Assembly (NCBI RefSeq): GCF_001642725.1
Contig: NZ_LSUQ01000018.1
Span: 1 to 49,097, forward strand
Origin: Ferroacidibacillus organovorans
GTDB taxonomy: Bacteria; Bacillota; Bacilli; Alicyclobacillales; SLC66
DNA: 49,097 nucleotides
Direction of reading: 5' to 3'
Below are positions 33,015 to 43,138 of this stretch, piece by piece. Position numbers and translations under genes: made by a program. The notes under the pieces are model-generated. The model made no database searches, was not told where the DNA came from, and saw only the letters and a program-made list of their open reading frames with translations. Numbering within the stretch: the stretch's first letter is position 1; every line of letters begins with the position of its first letter.

Positions 33015-33926
33015 TCACCTGCGCGCTTCACTCGCGCGAAATGCGACGACGCGCTCAATGCCTTGCTCGTCGCGAAGCACCTCGACATCCGCGCGCGCAA
33101 ACACACTGCCGCCAAGCTTAGTCACTGCGTCTGCCTGACCAATGCCAACTTCAAATGCGACAAGATAGGCTGCGCTTAAAAGGTCTGCACACCCACCCAC
33201 AATGGCGCGGTACGCATCGAGTCCGTCTGCGCCGCCAAACAGCGCAAGATGCGGCTCAAAATGCGCAACTTCCGGTTGCAAGTCTGCGGCGTTCACCTGT
33301 GGAATGTAAGGAGGGTTAGAGAGAATGAGAGCAAACGGCGCGAGCGCGCGAAGTAACTCACCGTCCGCGTACGATGCCTGCACAAACGTGATCATGGATG
33401 CCACTCCGAGCCGCTCTGCATTGACACGCGCCACATCAAGCGCAGATTGCGAAAGATCAGACGCCACGATGCGCACATCACACGCACAGTGCAATTGCAG
33501 TTCACGCGCGGCGCGCGCGAGGCTGACGGCAATCGCGCCGGAACCTGTGCCAATGTCGAGCACCGCAATCGATTTTTCACTCGTCATGCGCTCGGCCAAG
33601 TAGGCGCGTCCGCGTTCGACGAGCAACTCCGTTTCCGGGCGCGGAATCAGCACGCGCCCATCGACCCGAAAAATGGCCCCACAAAACTCCGCCTCATTCA
33701 ACACATACTGAAGCGGCTCCCTCTTAGCGCGCCGCGCAATCAACGCCAAAAACGCATCAGTGTGCACATCCGCGACAGGTTCATCCGGGCGCAAGAGAAC
33801 TTCAGCGGTGCTGAATCCCGTGACGTGTTGAAAGATCCACTGCGCCGTGCGCTCAGGAATCTCCACCCCGGCCGCGCGCAGCTCATCCGCGGCACGCGCA
33901 AGCATTTCTTTTCTCGTTACGCTCAT
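33015..33926 (-). CDS. prmC: Release factor glutamine N5-methyltransferase
   Basis: [28 protein letters not shown]; overlaps the prfA stop. Confidence 0.96.
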   Translation of the reverse strand: MSVTRKEMLARAADELRAAGVEIPERTAQWIFQHVTGFSTAEVLLRPDEPVADVHTDAFLALIARRAKREPLQYVLNEAEFCGAIFRVDGRVLIPRPETELLVERGRAYLAERMTSEKSIAVLDIGTGSGAIAVSLARAARELQLHCACDVRIVASDLSQSALDVARVNAERLGVASMITFVQASYADGELLRALAPFALILSNPPYIPQVNAADLQPEVAHFEPHLALFGGADGLDAYRAIVGGCADLLSAAYLVAFEVGIGQADAVTKLGGSVFARADVEVLRDEQGIERVVAFRASEARR

Positions 33927-34999
33927 GCGCCGAAGTTTGCCTGCTCCAGTTTCTCTGCCTGTTCTTTCGTGACCAGCGAGTGAATTATTTCATCCAGATC
34001 GCCTCCAAGCACAGAGTCGAGTCGATGCAAGGTCAAATTGATTCGATGATCCGTGACGCGACTCTGGGGAAAATTATAGGTGCGAATCCGTTCACTGCGA
34101 TCGCCCGTCCCCACCGCAGACTTGCGCTGTTCCGCGTACTCCTGCTGCTGTTCTTGCTGATATTTCTCATAGAGACGAGCGCGCAGCACGCGCATCGCTT
34201 TGTCGCGATTTTTCAACTGCGACTTTTCATCCTGACACGACACTACGAGGTTTGTCGGTATGTGAGTGATGCGCACCGCAGACTGGGTTGTGTTCACACT
34301 TTGACCGCCCGGCCCCGTTGAACAAAAGGTATCGATGCGCAAATCTTTTTCATGGATCTCCACTTCGACCTCCTCCACTTCAGGAAGTACAGCAACCGTC
34401 GCCGTCGACGTGTGAATGCGTCCACCCGACTCGGTGGCGGGTACGCGTTGCACACGGTGTGCTCCACTCTCGAATTTCAACAGGCGATACGCGCCCGCCC
34501 CTTGTACGCTGAAAACCGCTTCTTTAATGCCGCCAATGTCATTCTGGCTCACGTCAATCACCTCGACGCGCCAACCTTTGCGATCCGCAAAACGTCCGTA
34601 CATCCGAAAAAGATCATTCGCAAACAGTGCCGCCTCGTCTCCACCCGCTGCCCCCCGGATTTCAACAATGACATTTTTGTCATCATTCTTATCTTTCGGG
34701 AGCAAAAGCATCATCAGTTCTTTCTCCAACTCTTCTTCCTGGTTCGACAGTTCCGCAATCTCCGCTTTCACCATGTCGCGCATCTCATCATCAAGCTTTT
34801 CAGTAAGCATTTCTTTGGCGGCTTTTCGCTCCTCCACGACACGCTTATACGATCGATACGCGTGCACGGTGTCAGATAAATCTGCCTGTTCTTTTGCATA
34901 CTGGCGCAGCTTTCCCATATCCGATATCACTTCCGGATCGGAGAGAAGCTGTTCCAAGTCTACGTAGCGACGCTCAACGGCCTCTAGACGATGAAACAT
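33923..34999 (-). CDS. prfA: Peptide chain release factor 1
   Basis: [20 protein letters not shown] (PxT), [24 protein letters not shown] 34999 preferred over 35008 on RBS spacing. Confidence 0.98.
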   Translation of the reverse strand: MFHRLEAVERRYVDLEQLLSDPEVISDMGKLRQYAKEQADLSDTVHAYRSYKRVVEERKAAKEMLTEKLDDEMRDMVKAEIAELSNQEEELEKELMMLLLPKDKNDDKNVIVEIRGAAGGDEAALFANDLFRMYGRFADRKGWRVEVIDVSQNDIGGIKEAVFSVQGAGAYRLLKFESGAHRVQRVPATESGGRIHTSTATVAVLPEVEEVEVEIHEKDLRIDTFCSTGPGGQSVNTTQSAVRITHIPTNLVVSCQDEKSQLKNRDKAMRVLRARLYEKYQQEQQQEYAEQRKSAVGTGDRSERIRTYNFPQSRVTDHRINLTLHRLDSVLGGDLDEIIHSLVTKEQAEKLEQANFGA

Positions 35000-35057
35000 T
35001 CTTTGCATACCCCCAGAAATCCGTATTTTCGCAGTTCCTCAATTCTCCTCAATCATG

Positions 35058-35087
35058 TCAAATAGCACCGCGCAGCTCACGCGGTGC
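35058..35087 (-). terminator. Probable terminator after rpmE
   Basis: Hairpin GCACCGCG-N7-CGCGGTGC followed by TATTTG on the minus strand; short U-tract. Confidence 0.5.
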
Positions 35088-35109
35088 CTTTGAAAAACCA
35101 ATTCGGTCT

Positions 35110-35307
35110 CTACATTCCGTATTTTTTGCGGAACTTGTCGACGCGGCCACCTGCGTCAATGAACTTTTGCTTACCCGTGAAAAAGGGATGGCATTTTGAG
35201 CAGACCTCTACGCGAAGATTTCCTTTTACGGAACCTGTCTCAAATTGTTCGCCGCACGCACATGTCACTGTCGCTTTTTGATATTCCGGATGAATCGCTG
35301 TTTTCAT
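35110..35307 (-). CDS. rpmE: 50S ribosomal protein L31 (Zn-binding type A)
   Basis: [38 protein letters not shown] 35307 after GGAGGTG. Confidence 0.98.
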   Translation of the reverse strand: MKTAIHPEYQKATVTCACGEQFETGSVKGNLRVEVCSKCHPFFTGKQKFIDAGGRVDKFRKKYGM

Positions 35308-35346
35308 TACGTACACCTCCAAATAAACCTTAATTCCATAACGAAT

Positions 35347-35375
35347 ATATTAACACGCGAAACACAAACAAACAA
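35347..35375 (-). promoter_or_regulatory. Candidate sigma-A promoter of rpmE
   Basis: TTGTTT-N17-TAATAT with a TG extension. Confidence 0.5.
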
Positions 35376-35507
35376 GCCCCGAACAACCCAATCCATCGAC
35401 TCAAACAGAGAACGAATTCTCCAATTGCTTCTTTACAAAATGTGCATTTACTTAAAACAAATTACAGGTTAGGATCAAACTGTAATCAAACGAAAGGGTG
35501 TGGACGA

Positions 35508-35645
35508 ATGAAAAAGAAAAAACAAAGCCGAAAACTCTCAGCCTTGCTTATTGCAGGCGTACTGGCTGGGGTGCTTGGTATCGCAATCGCACCTAACTTC
35601 ATGACCCTGCCGCCAACCTCTTCCCCGCCGCCAGTACTAAACTAA
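35508..35645 (+). CDS. Small (45 aa) secreted or membrane peptide with Phr-like precursor architecture
   Basis: MKKKKQSRKLSALLIAGVLAGVLGIAIAPNFMTLPPTSSPPPVLN: basic n-region, hydrophobic h-region, short Pro-rich tail; RBS-like AAAGGGTG upstream; overlaps no other gene. Confidence 0.6.
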   Translation: MKKKKQSRKLSALLIAGVLAGVLGIAIAPNFMTLPPTSSPPPVLN

Positions 35646-35679
35646 CCCGCACTTGCCACGATCTCTCGCGCAAAACCGT

Positions 35680-36963
35680 TCACAAATGTCCATTCGGCTG
35701 CGCGAGAGGTTTTTCAAACCACCCCGGTTCGTGAGTATAGCTCCCCACCCGCAAACCGGGGCACTCTTCGATGAGCGTCTCCATCATCGCGAGAATGCCA
35801 ATCGGTTCTTCCTTTCGCTGTGGTACGCGTTGCAGATAATAGTCGGGATCAATGTTTAAGTTGCGCATTTGAACGAGGCGAACACCCGTGGAGCGAATGA
35901 ACTCAATCATCGCGTCAAGTTCAGTCGGTGTGTCCGACACGCCAGGAAAGATGAGGTAGTTGAGCGAAACGAGAACACCGTGTTCCGCCGCATAGCGCGT
36001 AGACTCCGCCACATGATCGAGCGTATAGCCGCGCGGTTGATAATACGCGTCATAGTGATCAGCGCATGCACTGATCGTTGAGACGCGCATCAGGTCAAGG
36101 CCCGAATCGACGATACGCTTGATTTGATGCGTGAGTCCAGCATTCGTGTTGATGTTGATATAACCCGTTGAAACTTGTCGCCTCACGCGAACAATCGACT
36201 CAGCAATCTCCCGCCCGCGCGTTGCGGGTTCACCCTCGCATCCTTGTCCAAACGAGATGATGCCAGAAGGGCCACTACGTACCAGGTGCTGAACCATGAC
36301 CTCAACCATTTCGTCAACCGACGGACGAAACGACATGCGAATCTGCGGCGAGGGAAACCCCGCCTCATCAGGTTGATCACTGATACAGCCCACACATCCC
36401 GCATTGCAAGAAGACGAGACAGGCAGTCCACCTTCATTTTTTCCGACAAATGTGTTACGCGATGTTACACATTCGTAGGTGAGCGCACACGTTGATAATT
36501 GTTCGTATACGCGATTGGCTGGATGCGCTGAGCGTGTCGCATTCACTGCCGTTTGGATCTGCACGTCCGTATACTGCGTCGGATCCCACAGCGCTGGTCG
36601 ATCCGTTTCGTGGGCCGCAACATAAAACACGCCATCGCGAAACCCTACAGCCGTATACCCAAAAAGCGGGAATGGTTTGGTATCCTGCGCCTTGTGATAG
36701 GCAGGAACATAGAGGCGAGTGTAGCCTTGAGGCAACAGTGCGCCAACCGCGCGGAAGGTGGGTGGGAGCGCCTTGAGTTTGGATTGCTCTGGGTCATAGC
36801 CGAGCGCCTTTGTGTCTGGCATACCTGCCAGTACGGCGCCGCTCGGAAGGGGAATCCACTCTTCCTCTGTTAATTCTGTCACCGCTGTACCGGTGCGACC
36901 CACCGCGAGCAACGTCTCCGAATCAAACACGCGCCCGCGCACATCCGCGTATACCAGTTTCAT
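35680..36963 (-). CDS. Radical SAM protein of unknown function
   Basis: CxxxCxxC (CNAGCVGC), SFGQGCEGEP, ININTN; long N-terminal extension; directly downstream of rho. Confidence 0.9.
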   Translation of the reverse strand: MKLVYADVRGRVFDSETLLAVGRTGTAVTELTEEEWIPLPSGAVLAGMPDTKALGYDPEQSKLKALPPTFRAVGALLPQGYTRLYVPAYHKAQDTKPFPLFGYTAVGFRDGVFYVAAHETDRPALWDPTQYTDVQIQTAVNATRSAHPANRVYEQLSTCALTYECVTSRNTFVGKNEGGLPVSSSCNAGCVGCISDQPDEAGFPSPQIRMSFRPSVDEMVEVMVQHLVRSGPSGIISFGQGCEGEPATRGREIAESIVRVRRQVSTGYININTNAGLTHQIKRIVDSGLDLMRVSTISACADHYDAYYQPRGYTLDHVAESTRYAAEHGVLVSLNYLIFPGVSDTPTELDAMIEFIRSTGVRLVQMRNLNIDPDYYLQRVPQRKEEPIGILAMMETLIEECPGLRVGSYTHEPGWFEKPLAQPNGHL

Positions 36964-36975
36964 CCTTGCTCACCT

Positions 36976-38313
36976 TCATTTCGAATGGACAGTACTCGAC
37001 GATGGGCGATGTGATTTCTCGCGATCCTCACGCGGCACGCGCTCTGCGCGATGACTCGGACGCTCTCTGGTTTCCGTAGTCGTCTCAAGCGTCGCGAGAA
37101 ATTCCGCATTCGTTTTCGTGTGTGTAAATCGACGTAAAAAGAGTTCCGTAAAGTCGTTGTTCTCGCTCATCGATCTGCGCAGTGCCCATATTTTTTCAAG
37201 TTCCTCTGACGTAAGCAATTGCTCTTCACGACGCGTACCCGAGCGCCGAATGTCGAATGCCGGGAAAATCCGTTTCTCTGCGAGTCGTCGATCTAAATGG
37301 AGTTCAAGGTTGCCAGTCCCTTTAAACTCTTCGTAAATGACATCGTCCATGCGCGATCCGGTATCGACAAGCGTTGTCGCGATAATCGTCAAACTACCGC
37401 CTTCTTCAATGTTTCGCGCCGCACCGAAAAAGCGTTTTGGTCGATGAAACGCTGCCGGATCAATACCTCCAGACAATGTGCGTCCACTCGGCGGTATCAC
37501 TAAATTATAGGCTCGCGTAAGTCTCGTCAGGCTATCCATCAAAATAACAACGTCGCGTTTGTGTTCGACAAGACGCATGGCGCGTTCGAGTACAAGCTCG
37601 GCCACTTTGATGTGGTTTTCGGGAACTTCGTCAAAGGTGGACGCGATCACTTCGCCGTTTACTGACCGCTGCATATCCGTCACTTCTTCAGGACGCTCAT
37701 CGATCAACAAAACAAACAAATCAACACCCGGATAGTTTTGTGACACGCTGTTCGCAATCTCTTTGAGAAGAAGCGTTTTCCCGGCTTTCGGCGGAGCGAC
37801 AATCAAGCCGCGTTGTCCAAGCCCAACGGGCGCCAATAAATCCATGAGACGCGTCGCATACTTATTAGGGGCTGTTTCGAGAACCATCTTTTTTTGAGGA
37901 AAGAGTGGTGTGAGTGCGGGGAAGTGAGGTCGTTCCGCTGCTGCGTCAGGACTCGTGCCGTTTACCGCTTCAACTTGAAGAAGTCCAAAATAGCGCTCAT
38001 TGTCTTTCGGTGGTCGCACTTTACCAGAAACGAGATCGCCGGCTCTCAAATCAAATCGGCGAATCTGCGATGTCGCTACGTAAATGTCTTCGAGACTCGG
38101 CAAGTATCCGATCGGTCTTAGAAACCCATACCCTTCAGACATGATATCAAGAACGCCTTCTGCAAAAATAAGTCCGTCCTTCTCTGCCTGAGCTCGCAGT
38201 ACTGCAAAAATCAGCTCTTTTTTCTTCATTCCGGCATAGTGCGCAATCTGGAATTCCTTCGCCAGTTTGTAGAGATCCGCGAGCTTTTTTGACTCCAGCT
38301 CTTCAATTTTCAA
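36976..38313 (-). CDS. rho: Transcription termination factor Rho
   Basis: [43 protein letters not shown]. Confidence 0.99.
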   Translation of the reverse strand: MKIEELESKKLADLYKLAKEFQIAHYAGMKKKELIFAVLRAQAEKDGLIFAEGVLDIMSEGYGFLRPIGYLPSLEDIYVATSQIRRFDLRAGDLVSGKVRPPKDNERYFGLLQVEAVNGTSPDAAAERPHFPALTPLFPQKKMVLETAPNKYATRLMDLLAPVGLGQRGLIVAPPKAGKTLLLKEIANSVSQNYPGVDLFVLLIDERPEEVTDMQRSVNGEVIASTFDEVPENHIKVAELVLERAMRLVEHKRDVVILMDSLTRLTRAYNLVIPPSGRTLSGGIDPAAFHRPKRFFGAARNIEEGGSLTIIATTLVDTGSRMDDVIYEEFKGTGNLELHLDRRLAEKRIFPAFDIRRSGTRREEQLLTSEELEKIWALRRSMSENNDFTELFLRRFTHTKTNAEFLATLETTTETRERPSHRAERVPREDREKSHRPSSSTVHSK

Positions 38314-38350
38314 GTGTACCTACCCTCACACGATCAGAATATCAAAACCT

Positions 38351-38387
38351 AGTATATCATGTTTACCCGGGAGAAAACATTTTATGC
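38351..38387 (-). promoter_or_regulatory. Overlapping candidate sigma-A (extended -10) and sigma-F promoters of rho
   Basis: TGATATACT at 38359-38351; GCATA-N15-GGTAAACATG at 38387-38358. Confidence 0.45.
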
Positions 38388-38409
38388 AGATTCGAAAGTC
38401 CTCACCTCG

Positions 38410-39378
38410 TTATACAAACACAAGGTTTGGCTTCTTCGACAAGTCGTGACGCGTTTCAATAAAGCGCACGGTCCCACTACTCGCTCTCATCACCAGGGAG
38501 TGCGTAGTCGCAATGGAACCGCCAAGAAAACGCACACCGCGCAATAGTTCGCCTTCCGTGACACCAGTGGCTGCGAAGATCGCGTCATCCCCGCGGATGA
38601 GATCCTCCATCCTAAGAACTTGTGCAGGATCAGAAATGCCCATGCGAATGCAGCGTTCGCGTTCCGTATCATCCGCCGGAAGCAATCGCCCCTGCAACTC
38701 ACCGCCAAGACACTTGAGCGCGGCTGCAGCCAAAACGCCTTCTGGCGCGCCGCCTGATCCGAACATGATGTCCACGCCCGTCTCTGCAAACGCGGTATTG
38801 AGCGCCGCCGCGACATCGCCATCCGTGATGAGCTTGATGCGCGCACCCGTTTTTCGGATGCGATCGATGAGGGTTTGATGACGCGGGCGATCAAGCAAAA
38901 TCGCTACGACATCCTCAATCGCCTTTCCTTTCGCACGCGCCACCGCGTGTAAATTGTCTTCGACTTCTGCCTCCAAAGCGACCAGTCCGCGCGCCTCTGG
39001 ACCGACCGCCAACTTTTCCATGTACATGTCAGGCGCGTGCAGCAGCGTACCTGCCGGAGCCACGGCGATCACGGCCATGGCATTCCACAGACCCTTCGCA
39101 ACGATATTCGTACCTTCGAGCGGGTCAACCGCCACGTCAACCTGATCCTTTCCGCGTCCCAAGCGTTCCCCGATGTAGAGCATGGGCGCCTCGTCCATCT
39201 CCCCTTCGCCGATCACGACTGTACCCTCGATATCAATCGTGTCAAAAACAGCCCGCATCGCAGTTGTGGCCGCCTGATCAGCCTCATTCTTCTTACCTGT
39301 TCCCATCCAACGGGCGGCAGCAAGGGCTGCCGCTTCCGTGACGCGCGCAAATTCAATGGCGAGTTCGCGATCCATCAA
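38410..39378 (-). CDS. glpX: Fructose-1,6-bisphosphatase class II
   Basis: [36 protein letters not shown]. Confidence 0.97.
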   Translation of the reverse strand: MMDRELAIEFARVTEAAALAAARWMGTGKKNEADQAATTAMRAVFDTIDIEGTVVIGEGEMDEAPMLYIGERLGRGKDQVDVAVDPLEGTNIVAKGLWNAMAVIAVAPAGTLLHAPDMYMEKLAVGPEARGLVALEAEVEDNLHAVARAKGKAIEDVVAILLDRPRHQTLIDRIRKTGARIKLITDGDVAAALNTAFAETGVDIMFGSGGAPEGVLAAAALKCLGGELQGRLLPADDTERERCIRMGISDPAQVLRMEDLIRGDDAIFAATGVTEGELLRGVRFLGGSIATTHSLVMRASSGTVRFIETRHDLSKKPNLVFV

Positions 39379-39413
39379 GCGTTGGCCCCTTTCCCATCAA
39401 GTGTGACTCCAAA

Positions 39414-40649
39414 TTAAAATTCAAACGATACGTCCGAGAGTCTGCGCTTGATTTCCGCGATGACCTCACGCTCAGCCACTTGGTCATCGGCTTCAAACGT
39501 CACACTGAATCGCACAAACGCACCTGCGTCGTCCCACGGCACCGTTGAGATCTGTTTTTCCGTAATCAGCCATTCGGAAAACGCCTCCGCCGAGTCAAAA
39601 CGTACACCTCCGCGAATCCCGCGCGGCGCCGCCGCATAGAGAAAGAAAGATCCTTTCGGTTTTTCCACGCGAAACCCGACTGAGCGCAACGCGTCGACGA
39701 GCATGCTGTGGCGGCGGGAGTATTTCTCCGCGATGTCAGTCGTGATCGACGGATTTTCAAGGCCGACCATCGCCGCTTTTTGTATGGCGATAAACTGCCC
39801 GGAGTCGTAATTGTCCTTCACGGTCGCGAGCCCTTTGACCGCCAATTCCTGTCCCGCCACAAACGCGATGCGCCAGCCTGTCATGTTGAACGCTTTCGAG
39901 AGCGAGAACAGCTCGATCCCGACGTCTTTTGCTCCGGGAATCGAGAGAAATGAGAGCGGTTTTACACCGTCAAACGTGAGGCTTGCATAGGCCGCATCGT
40001 GCACAATCAGGATTTCGTGACGTTTGGCGAACGCGACCGCTTTTTCGAAAAATTCAGGTGTCGCTGAAGCGCCCGTTGGGTTGTTAGGATAGTTCAAATA
40101 GAGCAGTTTCGCTTTTTTGCATACCTCTTCCGGAATGGAGTCAAGGTCCGGGAGAAAATGATTTTCCTCGTGAATCGGCAGCGTGTACACTTCACCGCCG
40201 AGAAAACGCGTATGCGTTCCTAAGACCGGGTAATTCGGGATGGGCATCAGCGCGATGTCACCTGGATTAATGAATGCGAGCGGGATCATGGCGAGTGCCG
40301 GCTTCGATCCAATCGTGTGATTGATCTCCCGCTCCGGATCAACTTCAACCCCATAAACCTGCTGCAAATAGCGCGCCGCTGCCACCTTAAACTCAGGAAT
40401 ACCGTTATCCGCATAAAAACGATTTTCCTTTTTTCTCGCCTCGACAGCGAGTCGGTCGACAATCCAGTCATGCGCCCGCTCATCCGGTTCACCAACGCCC
40501 ATATCAATCATCGGCACATCTGGATGCGCCTTTTTCGCAGCCGCTTTCGCGCGTTTGATTTTCTCGAATTTATAAATCACTGTGTCTTTGCCAAAGTTTG
40601 CACCACCAATGCGGTCAGCAAACATTTTCTGAATAAAACTCTCTGACAA
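39414..40649 (-). CDS. dapL: LL-diaminopimelate aminotransferase (class I/II PLP)
   Basis: FADRIGGANFGK...YKFEKIKRAK N-terminus, DMGVGEPD, NYPNNPTGA, HDAAY, SLSKAFNMTGWR. Confidence 0.82.
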   Translation of the reverse strand: MSESFIQKMFADRIGGANFGKDTVIYKFEKIKRAKAAAKKAHPDVPMIDMGVGEPDERAHDWIVDRLAVEARKKENRFYADNGIPEFKVAAARYLQQVYGVEVDPEREINHTIGSKPALAMIPLAFINPGDIALMPIPNYPVLGTHTRFLGGEVYTLPIHEENHFLPDLDSIPEEVCKKAKLLYLNYPNNPTGASATPEFFEKAVAFAKRHEILIVHDAAYASLTFDGVKPLSFLSIPGAKDVGIELFSLSKAFNMTGWRIAFVAGQELAVKGLATVKDNYDSGQFIAIQKAAMVGLENPSITTDIAEKYSRRHSMLVDALRSVGFRVEKPKGSFFLYAAAPRGIRGGVRFDSAEAFSEWLITEKQISTVPWDDAGAFVRFSVTFEADDQVAEREVIAEIKRRLSDVSFEF

Positions 40650-40697
40650 ATTCTCTCACCCCTTGTGCGTCTTTCGTCAAACGCTGTTTTCATTTTA

Positions 40698-41345
40698 TCA
40701 GTCACTTTTCCAGTGCGTCAGAATGCGCCGCATCCCCGCTTCCGTCACGGGGTGATCCATACTATGCAAAAGCGGTAGAAATGGGAGGATCAAACCGTCT
40801 GCCCCTGCTTCGCTGGCTTGAAGCGTCGACATGGAATCGTGCATTCCTTCGAGGTAAATGCGGGGAAAACCTTCTCGTTGAACGGAGCGCAACGCGCGAA
40901 GAAAGCGAAATGGATCCATGCCTACGTCCGCAAACCTTGCGCCATCGACACAGAGTGCGCTGCACCCCGCGCGCGCTGCGGCGATTCCTTGCGCAACATT
41001 GGCGATGTGCAGCGCAGCTACACCACAGTTGAGCACCCCGTCCAGACTCTGCATGTGGCGCGCAGCGCGGCATAGCTCGATGGTGAACGACCCCGCGCCG
41101 ATCATTTTTGCATCCGTATCGACGACGTGCAGTTCTAATTCCTTGATCATCCCATCTACGTCAAGCGCATCCAGTTCGATCATGATGCGCGAGAATCCAA
41201 GCGCAGCGACTGCGCGCACCCGTTCCTGATACGCACGCGCAGCCATCTCCTTGCGCGGAACCCAAACGGAATCGATAAATCCAAACGCAGCGGCACAGCG
41301 CAATTCTTCGAGATCCGCTGACTGAAGAATAAGTTGCACAGTCAC
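40698..41345 (-). CDS. Transaldolase/fructose-6-phosphate aldolase-family protein with degenerate active site
   Basis: Length, position after fbaA and the motifs QGIAAARAG, RFADVG, AGAD, HPVTEAG...W match the Tal/Fsa family; catalytic motifs are replaced (see findings). Confidence 0.75.
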   Translation of the reverse strand: MTVQLILQSADLEELRCAAAFGFIDSVWVPRKEMAARAYQERVRAVAALGFSRIMIELDALDVDGMIKELELHVVDTDAKMIGAGSFTIELCRAARHMQSLDGVLNCGVAALHIANVAQGIAAARAGCSALCVDGARFADVGMDPFRFLRALRSVQREGFPRIYLEGMHDSMSTLQASEAGADGLILPFLPLLHSMDHPVTEAGMRRILTHWKSD

Positions 41346-41396
41346 ATCATCCCTGGTAAAAACGTGAGCATATCTTCGTTACTTTCTTCACAGCCG

Positions 41397-42251
41397 TTAC
41401 GCGCGGTTTGCACTACCAAACAGACGAATTTTGGTCCGCACGGCGTCTTTAATCGCTTCGCGCGCAGGTCCGAGGTATTTCCGAGGATCGTACACATTTT
41501 TATCCTTCTCAAAAATCGCGCGGATCGCATCTGTAAACGCCGACTGATTCTCTGTGTTTACATTAATTTTGCTGACGCCAAGACCGATCGCGCGAAGAAT
41601 GTCTTCATCCGGAATGCCCGTGCCCCCGTGTAACACAAGCGGAACGCCCGTCACATCGCGAACATCCTTCAGCCGATCAAACGCCAACTCCGGCTTCCCC
41701 TTATAATGCCCATGTGCTGAACCAATCGCTGGGGCAAACGCGTCAACGCCCGTCTTTTTTACGAACTCTTCCGCTTCATCCACACGCACCAGCGCCGCTT
41801 CGCGCGCGTCCACCGTAAGGTCATCTTCGACGCCGCCGATGCGCCCGAGTTCCGCCTCAACGTGAACTCCTACCGCGTGACTTGCCTCGACCACCTTTTG
41901 CGTCAATGCAAGATTCTCTTCAAATGGATGGTGTGAACCATCAATCATCACAGATGTGAATCCATTTCGTATGCATTTCATCACCATATCAAAACTGCTG
42001 CCGTGATCGAGGTGGAGGATAACCGGAACCTTCGATTTCTCGGCAGCAGTTCGAACGATAGCAACCATATAGTCAAGACCCATATATTTAATCGCGCCCT
42101 CTGACGCGCCAAGAATCACCGGAGCACCTTCTTCATTGGCCACCTCAATGATCGCCTGCGTAAACTCCAGATTGTTGATATTAAACTGCCCTACGGCATA
42201 TCCGTTTTTCAGGCCGTCATTCAGCACCTGTTTAAATGAACCAAATGGCAT
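41397..42251 (-). CDS. fbaA: Fructose-1,6-bisphosphate aldolase class II
   Basis: YAVGQFNINNLE, LHLDHG, VEAELG, GSAHG, VLHGGTG, KINVNTE. Confidence 0.98.
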   Translation of the reverse strand: MPFGSFKQVLNDGLKNGYAVGQFNINNLEFTQAIIEVANEEGAPVILGASEGAIKYMGLDYMVAIVRTAAEKSKVPVILHLDHGSSFDMVMKCIRNGFTSVMIDGSHHPFEENLALTQKVVEASHAVGVHVEAELGRIGGVEDDLTVDAREAALVRVDEAEEFVKKTGVDAFAPAIGSAHGHYKGKPELAFDRLKDVRDVTGVPLVLHGGTGIPDEDILRAIGLGVSKINVNTENQSAFTDAIRAIFEKDKNVYDPRKYLGPAREAIKDAVRTKIRLFGSANRA

Positions 42252-42292
42252 GTGGATCTCTCCTTTTCTCCTCTTCGTTCACGGACAATATA

Positions 42293-43114
42293 TCACGAAA
42301 GTCGCGCGATCCCAAGAATCGAGCGCGCTTCATCGGCTGATGCAACCGCTCGTCCCATCTCTTCGGCCATTCTCTTCACGCGTGCGACCAGTTCTGCATT
42401 GCCTGTCGCCAAACGCCCCTTGCTGTAGTAAATGTTGTCTTCAAGCCCCACGCGAACGTGGCCGCCCATCGCAAGGCCGATCATCGCCATGGGGAGTTGT
42501 GCGCGCCCGATGCCCGCCACAGACCACGAGCAACCCTGCGGAAGCGCGTCGACCAAGAAGGTGAGATTTCTCGCTGTCGCGGAAAGTGCGCCAGGCACAC
42601 CGAGCACAAAATCAAAGTGTAGCGGCAGTGAAAAGACACCCTGCCGCACCAGATACATCGCATTCTCGATCATGGCGACATCGAACACTTCAATTTCAGG
42701 CGTGATGTGGTGCGCGGCCATTCGCTTGGCAAACGAGAGGATGTCCCCCATACGATTGACAAAGACATCGTCGCCAAAATTAACCGTCCCCGTCGTTAGT
42801 GTGGCCATTTCCGGACGAAGCGCCAATACGGCGGAGCGCGATTCCGCCGTCATGCCAACTGCGCCACCTGTCGATACCTGAACGATGACATCCGTACGCT
42901 CCCGAATCTCCCTGATGATCTCGCGGTACACGTCAGGGTCCTGCGTGGCCGTGCCGCGCGCGTCCCTCGCATGGATGTGAACCAACGCCGCGCCCGCAGC
43001 GCGCGCGCGCGCCGCTTCCTCTGCGATCTCAACGGGTGTAAGCGGAAGCGCTGGCGTTTGTTCACGCGTGACTTCTGCGCCATTGAGGGCTGAAGTGATG
43101 ATCAACGGCTCCAT
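42293..43114 (-). CDS. kce: 3-keto-5-aminohexanoate cleavage enzyme (BKACE/DUF849)
   Basis: GAE, HIHAR (Zn HxH), QVSTGGAVGM, GTVNFG, GHVRVGLEDN; adjacent to kal. Confidence 0.9.
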   Translation of the reverse strand: MEPLIITSALNGAEVTREQTPALPLTPVEIAEEAARARAAGAALVHIHARDARGTATQDPDVYREIIREIRERTDVIVQVSTGGAVGMTAESRSAVLALRPEMATLTTGTVNFGDDVFVNRMGDILSFAKRMAAHHITPEIEVFDVAMIENAMYLVRQGVFSLPLHFDFVLGVPGALSATARNLTFLVDALPQGCSWSVAGIGRAQLPMAMIGLAMGGHVRVGLEDNIYYSKGRLATGNAELVARVKRMAEEMGRAVASADEARSILGIARLS

Positions 43115-43138
43115 GTCACACTCCCTTTCTGAAATTGC

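Noticed and set aside
35110..35307. Zn-free L31 paralogue
   Set aside because: Both the CxC and CxxC Zn ligands are present, so this is ordinary type A L31.
35508..36963. Radical SAM plus small peptide as a RiPP cluster
   Set aside because: The genes are convergent rather than co-transcribed; the enzyme has no evident SPASM or RRE domain; the peptide has a Sec-like signal and no Cys/Trp/Tyr; no transporter or protease nearby.
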